Below are positions 39,716-51,200 of a DNA stretch of 64,000 nucleotides, piece by piece (position 1 is the first letter of the stretch; each line of letters begins with the position of its first letter). The notes beneath the pieces are model-generated. The model was not told the DNA's origin. It ran no database searches and saw only the letters and a program-made list of their open reading frames with translations. The stretch is taken from positions 1-64,000 of the forward strand of contig CAVYQE010000008.1 of the NCBI GenBank assembly GCA_963770565.1, given 5' to 3'. Both the position numbers and the translations under genes were made by a program. This stretch comes from an uncultured Actinomycetota bacterium. GTDB taxonomy: Bacteria > Actinomycetota > Actinomycetes > JAFAQI01.

Positions 39716-40309
39716 GTGGCCGTGCGCGCTCCGCGGGTAGGCGTGCTCGCCTTGCAAGGTGACGTGCGCGAGCACGTTGCCGCTCTTCGAGTTGCCGGTG
39801 CCGAGCCGGTCGCAGTTCGTCGTCCGTCCGACCTCGACGAGGTGGACGGCATCATCGTTCCGGGCGGGGAGTCGACCACGATCGGCAAGCTGCTCGTGAC
39901 CTTCGAGGTTCTCGAGCCGCTGCGGGCGGCACTGGCGAAAGGGCTGCCGGCGTACGGGTCATGTGCCGGGATGATCCTGCTGGCCGACCGGGTGCTCGAC
40001 GCGACTGACGACCAGGTCGTCCTCGGCGGCATCGACATGACCGTGCGGCGCAACGCTTTCGGCCGCCAGGTCGACTCCTTCGAAGGACCGGTGACGATCG
40101 ACGGGATCGGGGAGTTCGACGCCGTATTCATCCGGGCCCCGTGGGCCGAGGAGGTCGGCGACGAGGTCGAGGTGCTGGGGCGGGCCGAAGATAGAATTGT
40201 CGCGGTCCGGCAGGGATCGCTGCTCGCGACGTCGTTTCATCCCGAGCTGACCGGCGACTCGCGGATCCATCAGATGTTCGTGACCATGGTCAAGGAGCGC
40301 GCGGCATGA
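39716..40309 (+). CDS. pdxT: PLP synthase glutaminase subunit
   Basis: GVLALQG, PGGEST, GSCAGMI, FHPEL. Confidence 0.97.
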   Translation: MAVRAPRVGVLALQGDVREHVAALRVAGAEPVAVRRPSDLDEVDGIIVPGGESTTIGKLLVTFEVLEPLRAALAKGLPAYGSCAGMILLADRVLDATDDQVVLGGIDMTVRRNAFGRQVDSFEGPVTIDGIGEFDAVFIRAPWAEEVGDEVEVLGRAEDRIVAVRQGSLLATSFHPELTGDSRIHQMFVTMVKERAA

Positions 40310-40319
40310 GGGTGCACCG

Positions 40320-41069
40320 ATGAGTGGGCATTCCAAGTGGGCGACCACCAAGCACAAGAAGGCGGTCGTCGATGCCCGGCGGGGCAAGCTGTTCGCCAAG
40401 TTGATCAAGAACATCGAGGTGGCCGCGCGCACCGGTGGCGGTGACCCGGCTGGCAATCCCACCCTTGCCGACGCGATCGCCAAGGCGAAGGGCAACTCGG
40501 TCCCAAACGACAACATCGACCGTGCGGTTCGCCGCGGCTCCGGTGTGGACGCCGGCGGCGCTGACTACGAGGCGATCACCTACGAGGGCTACGGGCCCGG
40601 CGGGGTCGCGGTGCTCGTCGAATGCCTCACCGACAACCGCAACCGGGCCGCCTCCGAGGTCCGCACCGCGCTCACCCGCAACGGTGGCACGCTTGCCGAT
40701 CCGGGCAGCGTCGCCTACCTGTTCGCCCGCAAGGGTGTCGTGATCGTCGCGAAGTCCTCGGGCGCGAGCGAGGACGACGTCCTCGGAGCGGTGCTCGACG
40801 CCGGTGCCGAGGAGGTCAACGACCTCGGCGAGGACTTCGAGGTGATCAGCGAGGCCACCGACCTGTCCGCGGTGCGGGCCGCCCTGGAGGCCGCGTCGAT
40901 CGAGGTCGAGTCCTCCGACGTGGCGTTCCTGCCGTCGGTCTCGGTGCCGCTCGACGACGAGACCGGGCGCAAGGTGCTGAGGCTCGTCGACGCGCTCGAG
41001 GACAGCGACGACGTCCAGAACGTCTGGGCCAACTTCGACGTCAGCGACGAGGTGCTCGAGTCGGCGTAG
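40320..41069 (+). CDS. yebC: YebC/PmpR family protein
   Basis: [21 protein letters not shown]. Confidence 0.96.
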   Translation: MSGHSKWATTKHKKAVVDARRGKLFAKLIKNIEVAARTGGGDPAGNPTLADAIAKAKGNSVPNDNIDRAVRRGSGVDAGGADYEAITYEGYGPGGVAVLVECLTDNRNRAASEVRTALTRNGGTLADPGSVAYLFARKGVVIVAKSSGASEDDVLGAVLDAGAEEVNDLGEDFEVISEATDLSAVRAALEAASIEVESSDVAFLPSVSVPLDDETGRKVLRLVDALEDSDDVQNVWANFDVSDEVLESA

Positions 41070-41133
41070 CCGACCGAGCTTTCCGCCCGGACGGCGAGTC
41101 GCTGCGGGGCGGCGCGCGCCGGTCGCCGTACGA

Positions 41134-41151
41134 TCCGAACACACGTTCGGA
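41134..41151. promoter_or_regulatory. LexA/SOS box upstream of ruvCAB
   Basis: TCCGAAC-ACAC-GTTCGGA; actinobacterial CGAAC-N4-GTTCG. Confidence 0.85.
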
Positions 41152-41178
41152 GAAGTCGGCGAAGGGCGGTTTGCCGCG

Positions 41179-41736
41179 ATGCGGGTGCTCGGTGTCGACC
41201 CCGGCCTGACCAGGTGCGGGCTCGGCGTCGTCGACGGCCTGGCCGGGCGACGGCTGACTGCGGTGGCCTTCGGAGTGGCCTGTACGCCGTCGAGCGACGA
41301 CATCTCGGCCCGGTTGCTCAGCCTCGAAGGCGAGATCACCGACTGGATCGAGCGCTACCGCCCCGAGGTGGTCGCGGTCGAGCGGGTCTTCAGCCAGCAC
41401 AACGTCCGGACCGTGATGGGCACCGCGCAGGCTGCGGCGGTCGCGATCACGACGGCGGCCCGGGCCGGCATCAGGGTCGAGCTGCACACGCCGAGCGAGG
41501 TCAAGGCCGCCGTGACCGGGTCGGGGCGGGCGGACAAGGCGCAGGTCGGTGCGATGGTCACCCGGCTGCTCGCTCTGCCCACCGCGCCCCGGCCGGCCGA
41601 CACCGCCGATGCCCTCGCCCTCGCGATCTGCCACATCTGGCGTGGGACCGCGCTGGCCCGGCTGGATGCGGAGGCCGGGCTGCACGGCCGGGCGTTGCAG
41701 CGTCGCAAGCCTGCGACCCGGGTGGTGGCCCGGTGA
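41179..41736 (+). CDS. ruvC: Holliday junction resolvase
   Basis: [23 protein letters not shown]. Confidence 0.96.
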   Translation: MRVLGVDPGLTRCGLGVVDGLAGRRLTAVAFGVACTPSSDDISARLLSLEGEITDWIERYRPEVVAVERVFSQHNVRTVMGTAQAAAVAITTAARAGIRVELHTPSEVKAAVTGSGRADKAQVGAMVTRLLALPTAPRPADTADALALAICHIWRGTALARLDAEAGLHGRALQRRKPATRVVAR

Positions 41737-42356
41737 TCGCGTCGGTGTCGGGCCAGGTGCTCGCGATCAGCGGGGACGCCGCGGTCATCGAGGTCGGTGG
41801 GGTCGGTCTCGCGGTGCAGTGCACCCCGGCCACGCTCGCGTCGCTGCGGACCGGCAACACCGCGCGCCTCGCGACGAGTCTCGTCGTACGGGAGGACTCG
41901 CTCACGCTGTTCGGGTTCGCCACCGACGAGGAGCGGGCCGTATTCGAGACGCTGCAGGGCGTCACCGGGGTCGGGCCGCGGATCGCGCAGGCAGTGCTCG
42001 CCGCGCACTCGCCGGACGCGGTGCGCAGCGCGGTGGCGACCGAGGACATCGGTGCGCTGATGCTGGTGCCGGGCATCGGCCGCAAGGGAGCGCAGCGACT
42101 GGTGCTCGAGCTCAAGGACAAGCTCGGCCACATCTCCACGTCGGCGACGGTGTTGCGGCTTCCCGGCCGCGAGGGTCCCGGCGTCTGGCGCGACCAGTTG
42201 CGTTCGGCGCTGCTCGGCCTCGGCTGGAGCAGTCGCGAGGTGGATGAGGCCCTCGCCGCGGTGGGGCCGGAAGCCGAGGCGGCGCAGGCGGTCGGTGACA
42301 CACCCGACGTGGCCGTGCTGTTGCGGTCGTGTCTGCAGATGCTGAGCCGGGCATGA
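41733..42356 (+). CDS. ruvA: Holliday junction branch migration protein
   Basis: [27 protein letters not shown]. Confidence 0.95.
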   Translation: MIASVSGQVLAISGDAAVIEVGGVGLAVQCTPATLASLRTGNTARLATSLVVREDSLTLFGFATDEERAVFETLQGVTGVGPRIAQAVLAAHSPDAVRSAVATEDIGALMLVPGIGRKGAQRLVLELKDKLGHISTSATVLRLPGREGPGVWRDQLRSALLGLGWSSREVDEALAAVGPEAEAAQAVGDTPDVAVLLRSCLQMLSRA

Positions 42357-43453
42357 CGGCGCCTGGCAACAACGAGATCGTCTCGTCGCTCGCCGACGCC
42401 GACGACGAGATCGTCGATGCCGCGCTGCGGCCGAAGCGACTGGCCGACTTCGTCGGCCAGGAGCGGGTCCGCGAGCAGCTCTCGCTGATCATCGACGCGG
42501 CCAAGGGTCGGGGTCGGGTGCCCGACCACGTGCTGCTCGCGGGTTCGCCGGGCTTGGGCAAGACCACGCTGGCGATGATCATCGCGAGCGAGCTGGGTGC
42601 GCCGCTGCGGATCACCAGCGGCCCGGCGATCGAACGAGCCGGCGACCTGGCTGCGCTGCTGTCGACCCTCGCCGAGGGCGAGGTGCTGTTCCTCGACGAG
42701 ATCCACCGGATGGCAAGGCCAGCCGAGGAGATGCTCTACGTCGCGATGGAGGACTTCCGGGTCGACGTGGTCGTCGGCAAGGGTCCCGGCGCGACCGCGA
42801 TCCCGCTCGACGTCGCGCCGTTCACCCTGGTCGGCGCGACCACCCGGGCCGGCATGCTTCCCGGTCCGTTGCGGGATCGGTTCGGATTCGTGGCCCGGCT
42901 CGACTTCTATTCGAGCGACGAGCTCGAGCACGTGCTGGTCCGCAGCGCCGCGTTGCTGGGTGTCGACCTGACCCCGCCGGCGGCGGTCGAGATCGCCGGC
43001 CGGGCGCGGGGCACTCCGCGGATCGCCAACCGGCTGCTGCGCCGGGTGCGTGACTACGCCGAGGTCCGGGCCGACGGCACGGTAACCCGCGAGATCGCGC
43101 GGGCCGCCCTCGAGGTGTACGACGTCGACGAGCTCGGCCTCGACCGGCTCGACCACGCCGTCCTCGACGCGCTGCTGCGGCGCTTCGGCGGCGGTCCGGT
43201 CGGCCTCAGCACGATTGCGGTCGCGGTGGCCGAAGAGGCCGAGACGATCGAAACGGTCGCCGAGCCGTTCCTGGTGCGGGCCGGTCTGCTCGCGCGCACC
43301 CCGCGTGGCCGGGTTGCGACCGCGGCCGCCTGGCGGCACGTCGGCCTGACCCCGCCCGCACCTACTGCCTCGCCACAAGGCCTGTTCGATCTCGATGCCG
43401 AGGTTGCGCTGATCGACCTGGCCGACGCCGAGCCCGACGCTCCGGGTTCATAG
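42353..43453 (+). CDS. ruvB: Holliday junction branch migration helicase
   Basis: [28 protein letters not shown]. Confidence 0.97.
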   Translation: MTAPGNNEIVSSLADADDEIVDAALRPKRLADFVGQERVREQLSLIIDAAKGRGRVPDHVLLAGSPGLGKTTLAMIIASELGAPLRITSGPAIERAGDLAALLSTLAEGEVLFLDEIHRMARPAEEMLYVAMEDFRVDVVVGKGPGATAIPLDVAPFTLVGATTRAGMLPGPLRDRFGFVARLDFYSSDELEHVLVRSAALLGVDLTPPAAVEIAGRARGTPRIANRLLRRVRDYAEVRADGTVTREIARAALEVYDVDELGLDRLDHAVLDALLRRFGGGPVGLSTIAVAVAEEAETIETVAEPFLVRAGLLARTPRGRVATAAAWRHVGLTPPAPTASPQGLFDLDAEVALIDLADAEPDAPGS

Positions 43454-43543
43454 CGCCGCCGATCGGAGCGCTCGGCACGTAGACTCAAGCCCGGCTTACC
43501 GGCCCGCGCCGGCATGACCTTGAGCGATGGAGGACCGAGTCCG

Positions 43544-43984
43544 GTGCAGATGAGTCACACGTCGCTTGCGACTGTCCTGGCAGCCACGTCATCCAAGAGC
43601 AGTGGCAGCAGCGGCTTCTCGATCCTGATCCTGGTCGCGATCTTCGCGCTCGCCTACGTGCTGTTCCTACGGCCGGCCCGCAACCGGCAGCGGGCGGCCG
43701 CAACCGCCCGCCGGCAGGTGGAGGTCGGCGACGAGGTGACCACGACGGCCGGCCTGATCGCGACCGTGGTCGCGGTCGAGGACGACATGCTGACCCTCGA
43801 GATCGCCCCCGGGGTCCATTGCCATTACCTGCCCGCGTCGATCCTTCGGGTCAACGTCGCCGAGCCGGAGCCCGACGCCGAAGGCCACGATGCGTCGACG
43901 CACGAGGTCATTGACGATCCCGACCAGGCCGCGAGCGCGGCCGAACCTACCGACGACGTCCCCGACGAGTCGGCGCCCGCGTAG
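43544..43984 (+). CDS. yajC: Preprotein translocase subunit
   Basis: TM then RP...GDEVTTTAGL; synteny. Confidence 0.9.
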   Translation: MQMSHTSLATVLAATSSKSSGSSGFSILILVAIFALAYVLFLRPARNRQRAAATARRQVEVGDEVTTTAGLIATVVAVEDDMLTLEIAPGVHCHYLPASILRVNVAEPEPDAEGHDASTHEVIDDPDQAASAAEPTDDVPDESAPA

Positions 43985-44036
43985 CCCACCGCGCCATCGC
44001 GCCTCGGCGACGAGACCAATCGGAAGGCAGATCCCA

Positions 44037-45875
44037 GTGGCTGGACCGGCGAAGCAGCGACCGGGCCGTTCCCTCGGCCTGGTAGCGGCTGCCCTGATCG
44101 CGCTGTATCTCGGTGTCTTTCTCGGCCCGACCCAGACTCCGCACCTCGGGCTGGACCTGCGTGGTGGCACCGAGATCACCTTGACCGCGCATCCGATCGG
44201 CAACGGCAAGATCACCAAGAGCGCGCTCAACCAGGCGGTCGACATCATCCGCAAGCGGGCCAACGGGCTCGGCGTGTCCAACGCCAGTGTGGCGACTCAG
44301 GGCAATGACAACATCGTCGTCCAGGTGCCCGGCAAGGGTCATTCGGTGCTCAGCGCGGTCGGCCAGACCGCGTTGCTCCGCTTCCGGCAGGCCTTGTCGA
44401 TCGGCAGCGGGATCCCGACGCCCGTCTCGACGACGTCACCCACGCCCACGACCTCGCCTTCGCCGACCAAGTCCGGCAAGCCGGGCAAGCACAAGCACGT
44501 GCACAGCACGCCGACGCACTCGCCCAGCCCGAAGACAAGCACGTCGTCCTCGTCGCAGGGGGACACGGTGTCCTCCGCCCTGAAGAAGGCCACAACCTCG
44601 CCCACCCCGACGCCGACCACTGCTACGCCGCCGGCGACCGCAACCCCGGCATCCTCGCCGACGCCCGCACCGACTCCGACCGGCTTGGTCAACACGCCGC
44701 TTCCCAACAGCCAGTCGGCCACCTTGAGCACGGCATTCTTGCAGGCCTACGCCAACTGGGACTGTCTCAAGAACCCGAATCCGACCGAGGGCAACGACGT
44801 ACCGACCGACTACATCATCGGGTGCGCGACCGACGGCAGCACCAAATACCTGCTCGCGCCGGCCGCGGTCGAAGGCACCCAGGTGACCAGCGCGAGTTCG
44901 AGTATCGGCCAGACCAACCAGTGGCAGGTCGACCTCAACTTCAACGGCAGCGGCTCGAGTGCCTGGCAGAAGGTCACCGCAAAGGCGTACGCCATCAACA
45001 ACGGCCAACCTCAGTCCACGGCCTGCTCCCCGCCGACCGGGTGCAACTCGGTGGCGATCGTGCTCGACGGCGTGGTGGAGTCTGCGCCGTACATCAGCAG
45101 CCCGGGCGGGATCGCCGGCGGGCAGGCGCAGATCACCGGTGGCTTCACCCAGAAGAGTGCTGACGATCTCGCGAACATCCTCAAGTACGGGGCGCTGCCG
45201 CTGAAGTTCGACCCGTCGGACGTGCAGTCGGTCTCGGCCAGCCTCGGCGCCGCGCAGCTGCGCGGCGGACTGATCGCCGGCATCATCGGCCTCGGGCTGG
45301 TCATCATCTTCTCGCTGCTCTACTACCGCGCGCTCGGCATCGTCACGGTCGGCAGCCTCGCGGTGTCCGGCCTGATCCTCTACGCCGTCACCACCCTGCT
45401 CGGGCAGTCGGCGCTGGGCTACACCCTGTCGCTCCCCGGCATCGCCGGCTTCATCGTTGCGGTCGGCATCACCGCGGACTCCTTCGTCGTGTTCTTCGAA
45501 CGATTGCGCGACGAGATTCGCGAAGGCAGGCGACTGCGCAGCGGCGTCGAGCGCGCCTGGCCGCGCGCGCGGCGCACGATCCTTTCGGCCGACACGGTAT
45601 CGCTGCTCGCCGCGGTCGTGCTCTACCTGGTGTCGATCGGCGACGTCCGCGGCTTCGCCTTCACCTTGGGCCTGTCGACGCTGTCCGATCTGTTCATCGT
45701 GTTCTTCTTCACCAAGCCGTTGCTCACCGTGCTCGCGCGCCGACCAGCTTTCGACTCCGGCAAACCGTGGACCGGTGTGGGCAAGGCCCGCGCCGGCGTC
45801 GTACGCGATGTCGACATCGAGGATGCGCCGACGCGCGGTTCGCGGATCAGCCGGCCGAAGCCGACGGAGGCCTGA
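44037..45875 (+). CDS. secD: Protein translocase subunit
   Basis: LGLDLRGG, LKYGALP, GITADS, VRGFAFTL; long Pro/Thr/Ser insert. Confidence 0.95.
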   Translation: MAGPAKQRPGRSLGLVAAALIALYLGVFLGPTQTPHLGLDLRGGTEITLTAHPIGNGKITKSALNQAVDIIRKRANGLGVSNASVATQGNDNIVVQVPGKGHSVLSAVGQTALLRFRQALSIGSGIPTPVSTTSPTPTTSPSPTKSGKPGKHKHVHSTPTHSPSPKTSTSSSSQGDTVSSALKKATTSPTPTPTTATPPATATPASSPTPAPTPTGLVNTPLPNSQSATLSTAFLQAYANWDCLKNPNPTEGNDVPTDYIIGCATDGSTKYLLAPAAVEGTQVTSASSSIGQTNQWQVDLNFNGSGSSAWQKVTAKAYAINNGQPQSTACSPPTGCNSVAIVLDGVVESAPYISSPGGIAGGQAQITGGFTQKSADDLANILKYGALPLKFDPSDVQSVSASLGAAQLRGGLIAGIIGLGLVIIFSLLYYRALGIVTVGSLAVSGLILYAVTTLLGQSALGYTLSLPGIAGFIVAVGITADSFVVFFERLRDEIREGRRLRSGVERAWPRARRTILSADTVSLLAAVVLYLVSIGDVRGFAFTLGLSTLSDLFIVFFFTKPLLTVLARRPAFDSGKPWTGVGKARAGVVRDVDIEDAPTRGSRISRPKPTEA

Positions 45876-45876
45876 G

Positions 45877-47134
45877 ATGGCGCGCGATTCGTTAGCCACC
45901 CGGCTCTACCGCGGTGAGGTCTCGTGGGACTTCATCGGCCGCCGTCGCCGCTGGTATGCGCTGTCGCTGACGGTCATGGCGATCGGCATCATCAGCCTGG
46001 CGATCCGGGGGATCAACCCCTCGATCGACTTCACCGGCGGCGCACAGTTCCAGGGCCCGCTGAACGGGCACACGATCTCTCAGGTCAGAGGCGCGGTTAC
46101 CTCAACCGGGATCAGCCCCGACGTGGTCGAGACGACCGGTAGCGGATCGGACGAGCGGTTCGAGGTCCAGACCAAGACGCTGGACACCGCCCAGGTCAAC
46201 CAGGTCCAGAGCTCACTGATCAGCAAGATCGGCGTGACCGAGCAGAACCTCGACATCACCACGGTCGGCTCGACCTGGGGCAGTCAGATCACCCACAAGG
46301 CGGTCCTGGGCCTGATCATCTTCCTGATCGCGGTTATCGCTTATCTGTCGGTGCGGTTCGAGTGGAAGATGGCGCTCGCGGCGATCATCGCGTTGATTCA
46401 CGACCTGATCATCACGGCCGGGATCTATTCGTTGTCGGGGTTCCAGGTCAGCCCGTCCACCGTCATCGCGTTGCTGACGATCCTCGGTTATTCGCTCTAC
46501 GACACCGTGGTGGTCTTCGACAAAGTGCGGGAGAACACAGCGGGCATCGCCGGCGGCAGCAAGATGACCTTCACCCAGGCGTCCAACCTCGCCGTCAACC
46601 AGACCCTGGTCCGGTCGATCAACACCTCGATCATCGCGTTGCTGCCGGTGCTCGGGCTGCTGGTCATCGGTTCCGGCCTGCTCGGTGCCGGGTCGTTGAA
46701 CGACCTGTCGCTGGCGCTGTTCATCGGTCTGGCCTCCGGTGCCTACTCGTCGATCTTCATCGCGACGCCGCTGCTGTGTGACTTCAAGGAGCGCGAGCCG
46801 ACGTACCAGCAGCTGGCCAAGCGGGTCGCCAGCCGGCGGGCGAAGGAGTCCCGCGAAGCGGTGGCCGGCCTGACCCCGGCCACGGCGGGCGCACCGCTGG
46901 CCGCGCGCGAGCAGCCCGCCCAGCGGTTCGTCGCCACCAAGCTCGAGCCGGGCGGCGGCGCCGACGACGGCGAGCGACGAGGACGGCAGCGGTGAGGACG
47001 GTGCGGAGGTGCCGGCCGGCCCGCCGCGCACCGGTACGCCGCCCAGGGCCGGTTCGCGGCCGGCGCAGGCGCAGCGGCGGAGCAACCGCGGCGGGCGTCC
47101 GGGCGGGCGCGGCAAGTCGCGCAAGCGACGGTGA
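45877..47134 (+). CDS. secF: Protein translocase subunit; apparent +1 G at 46950-46952 truncates the tail at 46995
   Basis: IDFTGG, GYSLYDTVVVFD, RSINTS; shifted frame ends ...KSRKRR* overlapping the apt GTG. Confidence 0.9.
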
Positions 47135-47660
47135 GCCTCGACCTCGGGGCGCTGCTGCGCTCGAGGGTTCGCGAGATCCCGGACTTCCCTGAGCCGGGCG
47201 TCAGTTTCAAGGACATCACCCCGTTGCTCGCCGACCACGTGGCGTTCGCCGGCGCGGTCGACGCAATCGTCGGCCACCATGGCCGCGGCACGATCGACAA
47301 GGTGGTCGGCATCGAAGCCCGCGGATTCATCCTTGCCGCCCCGGTCGCCTACCACTTCGGCGCCGCGTTCGTGCCGATCCGCAAGGCCGGCAAGCTGCCC
47401 AGCGCGACCTTCGCCGAGTCCTACGCCCTCGAGTACGGCGAGGCGACGATCGAGGTGCACCAGGACGCGTTCAGCCCGGGGAGCGGGTGCTGCTCGTCGA
47501 CGACGTCCTTGCCACCGGCGGCACGGTCGCCGCGGCGGCCCGGCTGGTCGAGCGGTCCGGCGCGGTCGTCGCCGGTTGCAGCGTGCTGATCGAGCTCGCT
47601 GCGCTCGGCGGCCGCGCCCGGCTCGGCGACCTCGACATCCAGGCGCTGCTGACCTACTGA
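47131..47660 (+). CDS. apt: Adenine phosphoribosyltransferase with a -1 frameshift in a G-run (47478-47481)
   Basis: FKDITP, GIEARGF, RKAGKLP, then VLLVDDVLATGGT in another frame. Confidence 0.9.
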
Positions 47661-47757
47661 TGGCGCATTAGCCCATTCGTGCGCGCCGCGCCGCCCGGAC
47701 GGGAACGCTGCGCACGCTTCGATCGTTAGACTTGATACCTGAAGCTGACGAAGGGCT

Positions 47758-50055
47758 GTGCGCGTGGCGAATGACGTCGTTCCGGTTGCGGATGACGTCC
47801 TGCCCGCTGCCGCCGAATCGATCACCGAACCCGCCCCGGCCGCCCGGGTCCGGACCAGGCTGGGCCGCCTCGCCGGCCCCAAGGACTCCCCGCCGCCGGA
47901 GCTCGAGCCGCTGCTGAAGACCCTGCGCGCCAACCATCCCAAGGCCGACATCCGGCCGGTGATCCGGGCCTACGAGGTGGCCGAGCGCTGTCACCGCGGC
48001 CAGCAGCGGCGTAGCGGTGACCCCTACATCACCCACCCGGTGGCAGTGGCGACGATCGCGGCCGAGCTCGGCATGGAAGCGCCGACGCTCTGTGCGGCCC
48101 TGCTGCACGACACCGTCGAGGACACCGCGCTGTCGCTCGCCGATGTCACCCGCGACTTCGGCGACGAGGTCGGCCGCCTGGTCGACGGCGTGACCAAGCT
48201 CGACAAGGTCCGCTACGGCGAGTCGGCCGAGGCCGAGACGATCCGCAAGATGGTGGTCGCGATGGCGCGCGACCCGAAGGTGCTGATCGTCAAGCTCGCC
48301 GACCGGCTGCACAACATCCGTACCGTGTCCTGGCTGCCGCCGGACAAGCAGCACCGGATGGCCAAGCAGACCCTCGAGATCTACGCGCCGCTGGCGCATC
48401 GGCTCGGGATGAACGCGATCAAGTGGGAGCTCGAGGACCTGTCCTTCGCGACCCTCTACCCGAAGCGCTACGACGAGATCGTCCGACTGGTGGCCGAGCG
48501 TGCTCCATCCCGCGAGACCTACCTGGCCGGGGTGTCCGAGAGCGTCGGCACTGAGCTGCGGAACGCGAAGATCAAGGCGACCGTGACCGGTCGGCCGAAG
48601 CACTACTACTCGATCTACCAGAAGATGATCGTGCGCGGCCGCGACTTCGACGACATCCATGACCTGGTCGGGCTGCGCATCACGGTCGAGACCGAGCGCG
48701 ACTGCTACGCGGCGCTCGGCGTGATTCACACCATGTGGTCGCCGGTGCCCGGCCGGTTCAAGGACTACATCGCAATGCCGAAGTTCAACCTCTACCAGTC
48801 GCTGCACACCACCGTGATCGGCCCGCAGGGCAAGCCGGTCGAGGTGCAGATCCGGACCACGCAGATGCATCGCCGGGCCGAGTACGGCATCGCATCTCAT
48901 TGGAAATACAAGGAATCTTCCGAGGTCGGCGAGCACGACATGACCTGGCTGCGGCAGCTGGTCGACTGGCAGCGCGAGACCCAGGACCCCGGCGAGTTCC
49001 TCGACTCGCTGCGATGGGACCTGCACGCCAACGAGGTGTTCGTCTTCACCCCGAAGGGCGACGTGATCGCCCTGCCCGCGAGTGCGACTCCGGTCGACTT
49101 CGCGTACGCCGTGCACACCGAGGTCGGACACCGTTGCATCGGCGCGCGGGTCAACGGCCGGCTGGTGCCGCTCGAGTCGCCGCTCGACAACGGCGACGTG
49201 GTCGAGGTCTTCACCTCGAAGTCCGAGTCGGCCGGACCGAGCCGCGACTGGTTGTCGTTCGTCAAGTCGCCGCGGGCCCGCAACAAGATCCGCCAGTGGT
49301 TCGCCAAGGAACGTCGCGAGGACGCGATCGACCAGGGCAAGGAGGCGCTCAGCCGCGCGATGCGCAAGGCCGGGCTTCCCCTGCAGCGGCTGATGGGCGG
49401 CGACGCGCTGCTGACCCTCGCACGCGACCTGCACTACGCCGACGTATCGGCGCTATATGCCGCGATCGGCGAGGGCCAGATGTCGGCGCAGTCGATCGTC
49501 CAGCGACTGGTACACGCGCTCGGCGGACCCGAAGGCGCGGTCGACGACATCGCCGAGACCGAGACCGCCACCCGGACCCGCGCCCGGCCACGCCCGGCCG
49601 GCGATCCCGGTGTCGTGATCAAGGGCGTGACCGACGTGTGGGCAAAGCTCGCCCGCTGCTGCACGCCGGTGCCGGGCGACGAGATCCTCGGCTTCGTGAC
49701 CCGCGGTCACGGGGTGTCGGTGCATCGGGTCGACTGCACCAACGCGGCGAGCCTGCAGGCCGACCCGAGCCGGTTGGTCGAGGTCGAGTGGGCCCCGACT
49801 GCGGGCTCGGTCTTCCTGGTCGCGATCCACGTCGAGGCACTCGACCGCAACCGGTTGCTCTCCGACGTGACCCGGGTGCTCTCCGATGCGCACGTCAACA
49901 TCCTGTCCGCGGCCGTCTCGACCACCCGCGACCGCGTCGCGACGTCACGGTTCACCTTCGAGATGGGCGACCCGAAACACCTCGGCCACCTGCTCCGCGC
50001 CGTACGCGGTGTTGAAGGCGTCTACGACGCCTACCGCGTCACCTCCGGCTTCTAG
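47758..50055 (+). CDS. relA: Bifunctional (p)ppGpp synthetase/hydrolase Rel
   Basis: [29 protein letters not shown] and ACT domains. Confidence 0.97.
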   Translation: MRVANDVVPVADDVLPAAAESITEPAPAARVRTRLGRLAGPKDSPPPELEPLLKTLRANHPKADIRPVIRAYEVAERCHRGQQRRSGDPYITHPVAVATIAAELGMEAPTLCAALLHDTVEDTALSLADVTRDFGDEVGRLVDGVTKLDKVRYGESAEAETIRKMVVAMARDPKVLIVKLADRLHNIRTVSWLPPDKQHRMAKQTLEIYAPLAHRLGMNAIKWELEDLSFATLYPKRYDEIVRLVAERAPSRETYLAGVSESVGTELRNAKIKATVTGRPKHYYSIYQKMIVRGRDFDDIHDLVGLRITVETERDCYAALGVIHTMWSPVPGRFKDYIAMPKFNLYQSLHTTVIGPQGKPVEVQIRTTQMHRRAEYGIASHWKYKESSEVGEHDMTWLRQLVDWQRETQDPGEFLDSLRWDLHANEVFVFTPKGDVIALPASATPVDFAYAVHTEVGHRCIGARVNGRLVPLESPLDNGDVVEVFTSKSESAGPSRDWLSFVKSPRARNKIRQWFAKERREDAIDQGKEALSRAMRKAGLPLQRLMGGDALLTLARDLHYADVSALYAAIGEGQMSAQSIVQRLVHALGGPEGAVDDIAETETATRTRARPRPAGDPGVVIKGVTDVWAKLARCCTPVPGDEILGFVTRGHGVSVHRVDCTNAASLQADPSRLVEVEWAPTAGSVFLVAIHVEALDRNRLLSDVTRVLSDAHVNILSAAVSTTRDRVATSRFTFEMGDPKHLGHLLRAVRGVEGVYDAYRVTSGF

Positions 50056-50063
50056 CGCTCGCC

Positions 50064-51192
50064 GTTCGTGAGCCGCTAGCGGCGCCCCAGCACCGCGGAG
50101 AGCGCACAAATCGGCCGGGCTGCTTAGCCATCAACATATCTGCGGTCTGCGTTGCGACGTGGCCCAGCCATCACGAGGCTCGACCTCATGCGCAATCGGA
50201 CCTGCGAGAACGAACTCCCATCCCTCGGCGAGGCGATGGCGTTCGCGGTCGACGTCACAGGCTGTCGGGAGGCCGGACTGAGCGATGGCCGCCGGCGCTG
50301 GCTGGTCGAGTCGGGTCGGTGGCAGTCACCGTTCCCCGGGGTGTAGGTCACATTCAGCGGGCCCGTTCCCTTGCAGACAAGGCAGCACGCCGCGCTGCTC
50401 TATTGCGGGGACTGTTCTGCCCTCAGTCATGACTCCGCCGGTAGATGCTGGCGGCTTTGCCGCGACCCTGCGTCGATACATGTCACAGTCCGGTATCCGA
50501 GGCAGGTCGATGACCAACCCGGCCTGGTGGTTCATCGCTCACGTACCTTGACTGCCGACGCCGTCCATCGCGTGTTCACGCCTCGTCGCACAACCATCGA
50601 GCGCACAGTCCTGGACCTGCTCGAGGGCAAGCAATCTGCAGACGCGGCCCTGGGGCTCGTGGCGGACTCTTTTCGTGATCGCCTGTCTTCGCCCGAGGCG
50701 CTGCGCGCTGCTCTGCTCACCCATCCGAAGACCCGCTGGCGTCGAGTCGTCCTGGATGCGTTGCCGGACTTGGGGCAGGTGCGCAGTCGTCGCTTGAGGT
50801 TCGAGACGCGCGACTTCGGCGCCAACACGGCTTGCCGCAGGGGCGACGACAGGCTCAGCGGCTCTGCGGCGGTGCCGAGTATCTGGACGTTCTCATCGAT
50901 GAATGGGGCGTGCATATCGAGATTGACGGACGGCTGGGTCATGACCGGGCGCGTGAGACCTGGCGAGACATGCGCCGTGACAACCGTAGTGAGATGCAAG
51001 GGCTGCGCAAGCTGCGCTATGGCTGGTCCGACTACGTGGACCGTCCCTGTGATGTCGCGATTCAGCAGGCACAGCTGCTTCGGCGGCAGGGGTGGCCGGG
51101 CACGTTCAGAAGGTGTGCACGCTGCCCACAGCCGCTGCCCCCCGGTTTGTGAGCCGTCGCCGGGGCCAGAGCAGCGCTCACGGCGCACAAAT
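50064..51192 (+). mobile_element. Single-gene cassette flanked by 48-bp hairpin direct repeats
   Basis: 50064-50111 and 51145-51192, 35/48 identical ungapped, each self-complementary at its ends. Confidence 0.55.
50152..51152 (+). pseudogene. AbiEi-like N-terminus plus DUF559/Vsr-like nuclease; in-frame TAG at 50344 and frameshift at 50772-50775
   Basis: GRWQ..FPGV*VTFSGP...AALL...LSHDSA; S.LE...HGLP; YLDV...IEIDGR.GH...DMRRDN. Confidence 0.8.
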
Positions 51193-51200
51193 GGCGCGGC

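Noticed and set aside
44410-44700. Repetitive ACG/CCG-rich DNA in secD
   Set aside because: It encodes a Pro/Thr/Ser low-complexity linker common in actinobacterial SecD, not a DNA repeat array.
50344-50346. In-frame TAG as possible pyrrolysine or readthrough
   Set aside because: It sits where Tyr (TAC) is expected, no pyl genes are in the window, and TAG is used as a normal stop elsewhere; a point mutation or error explains it.
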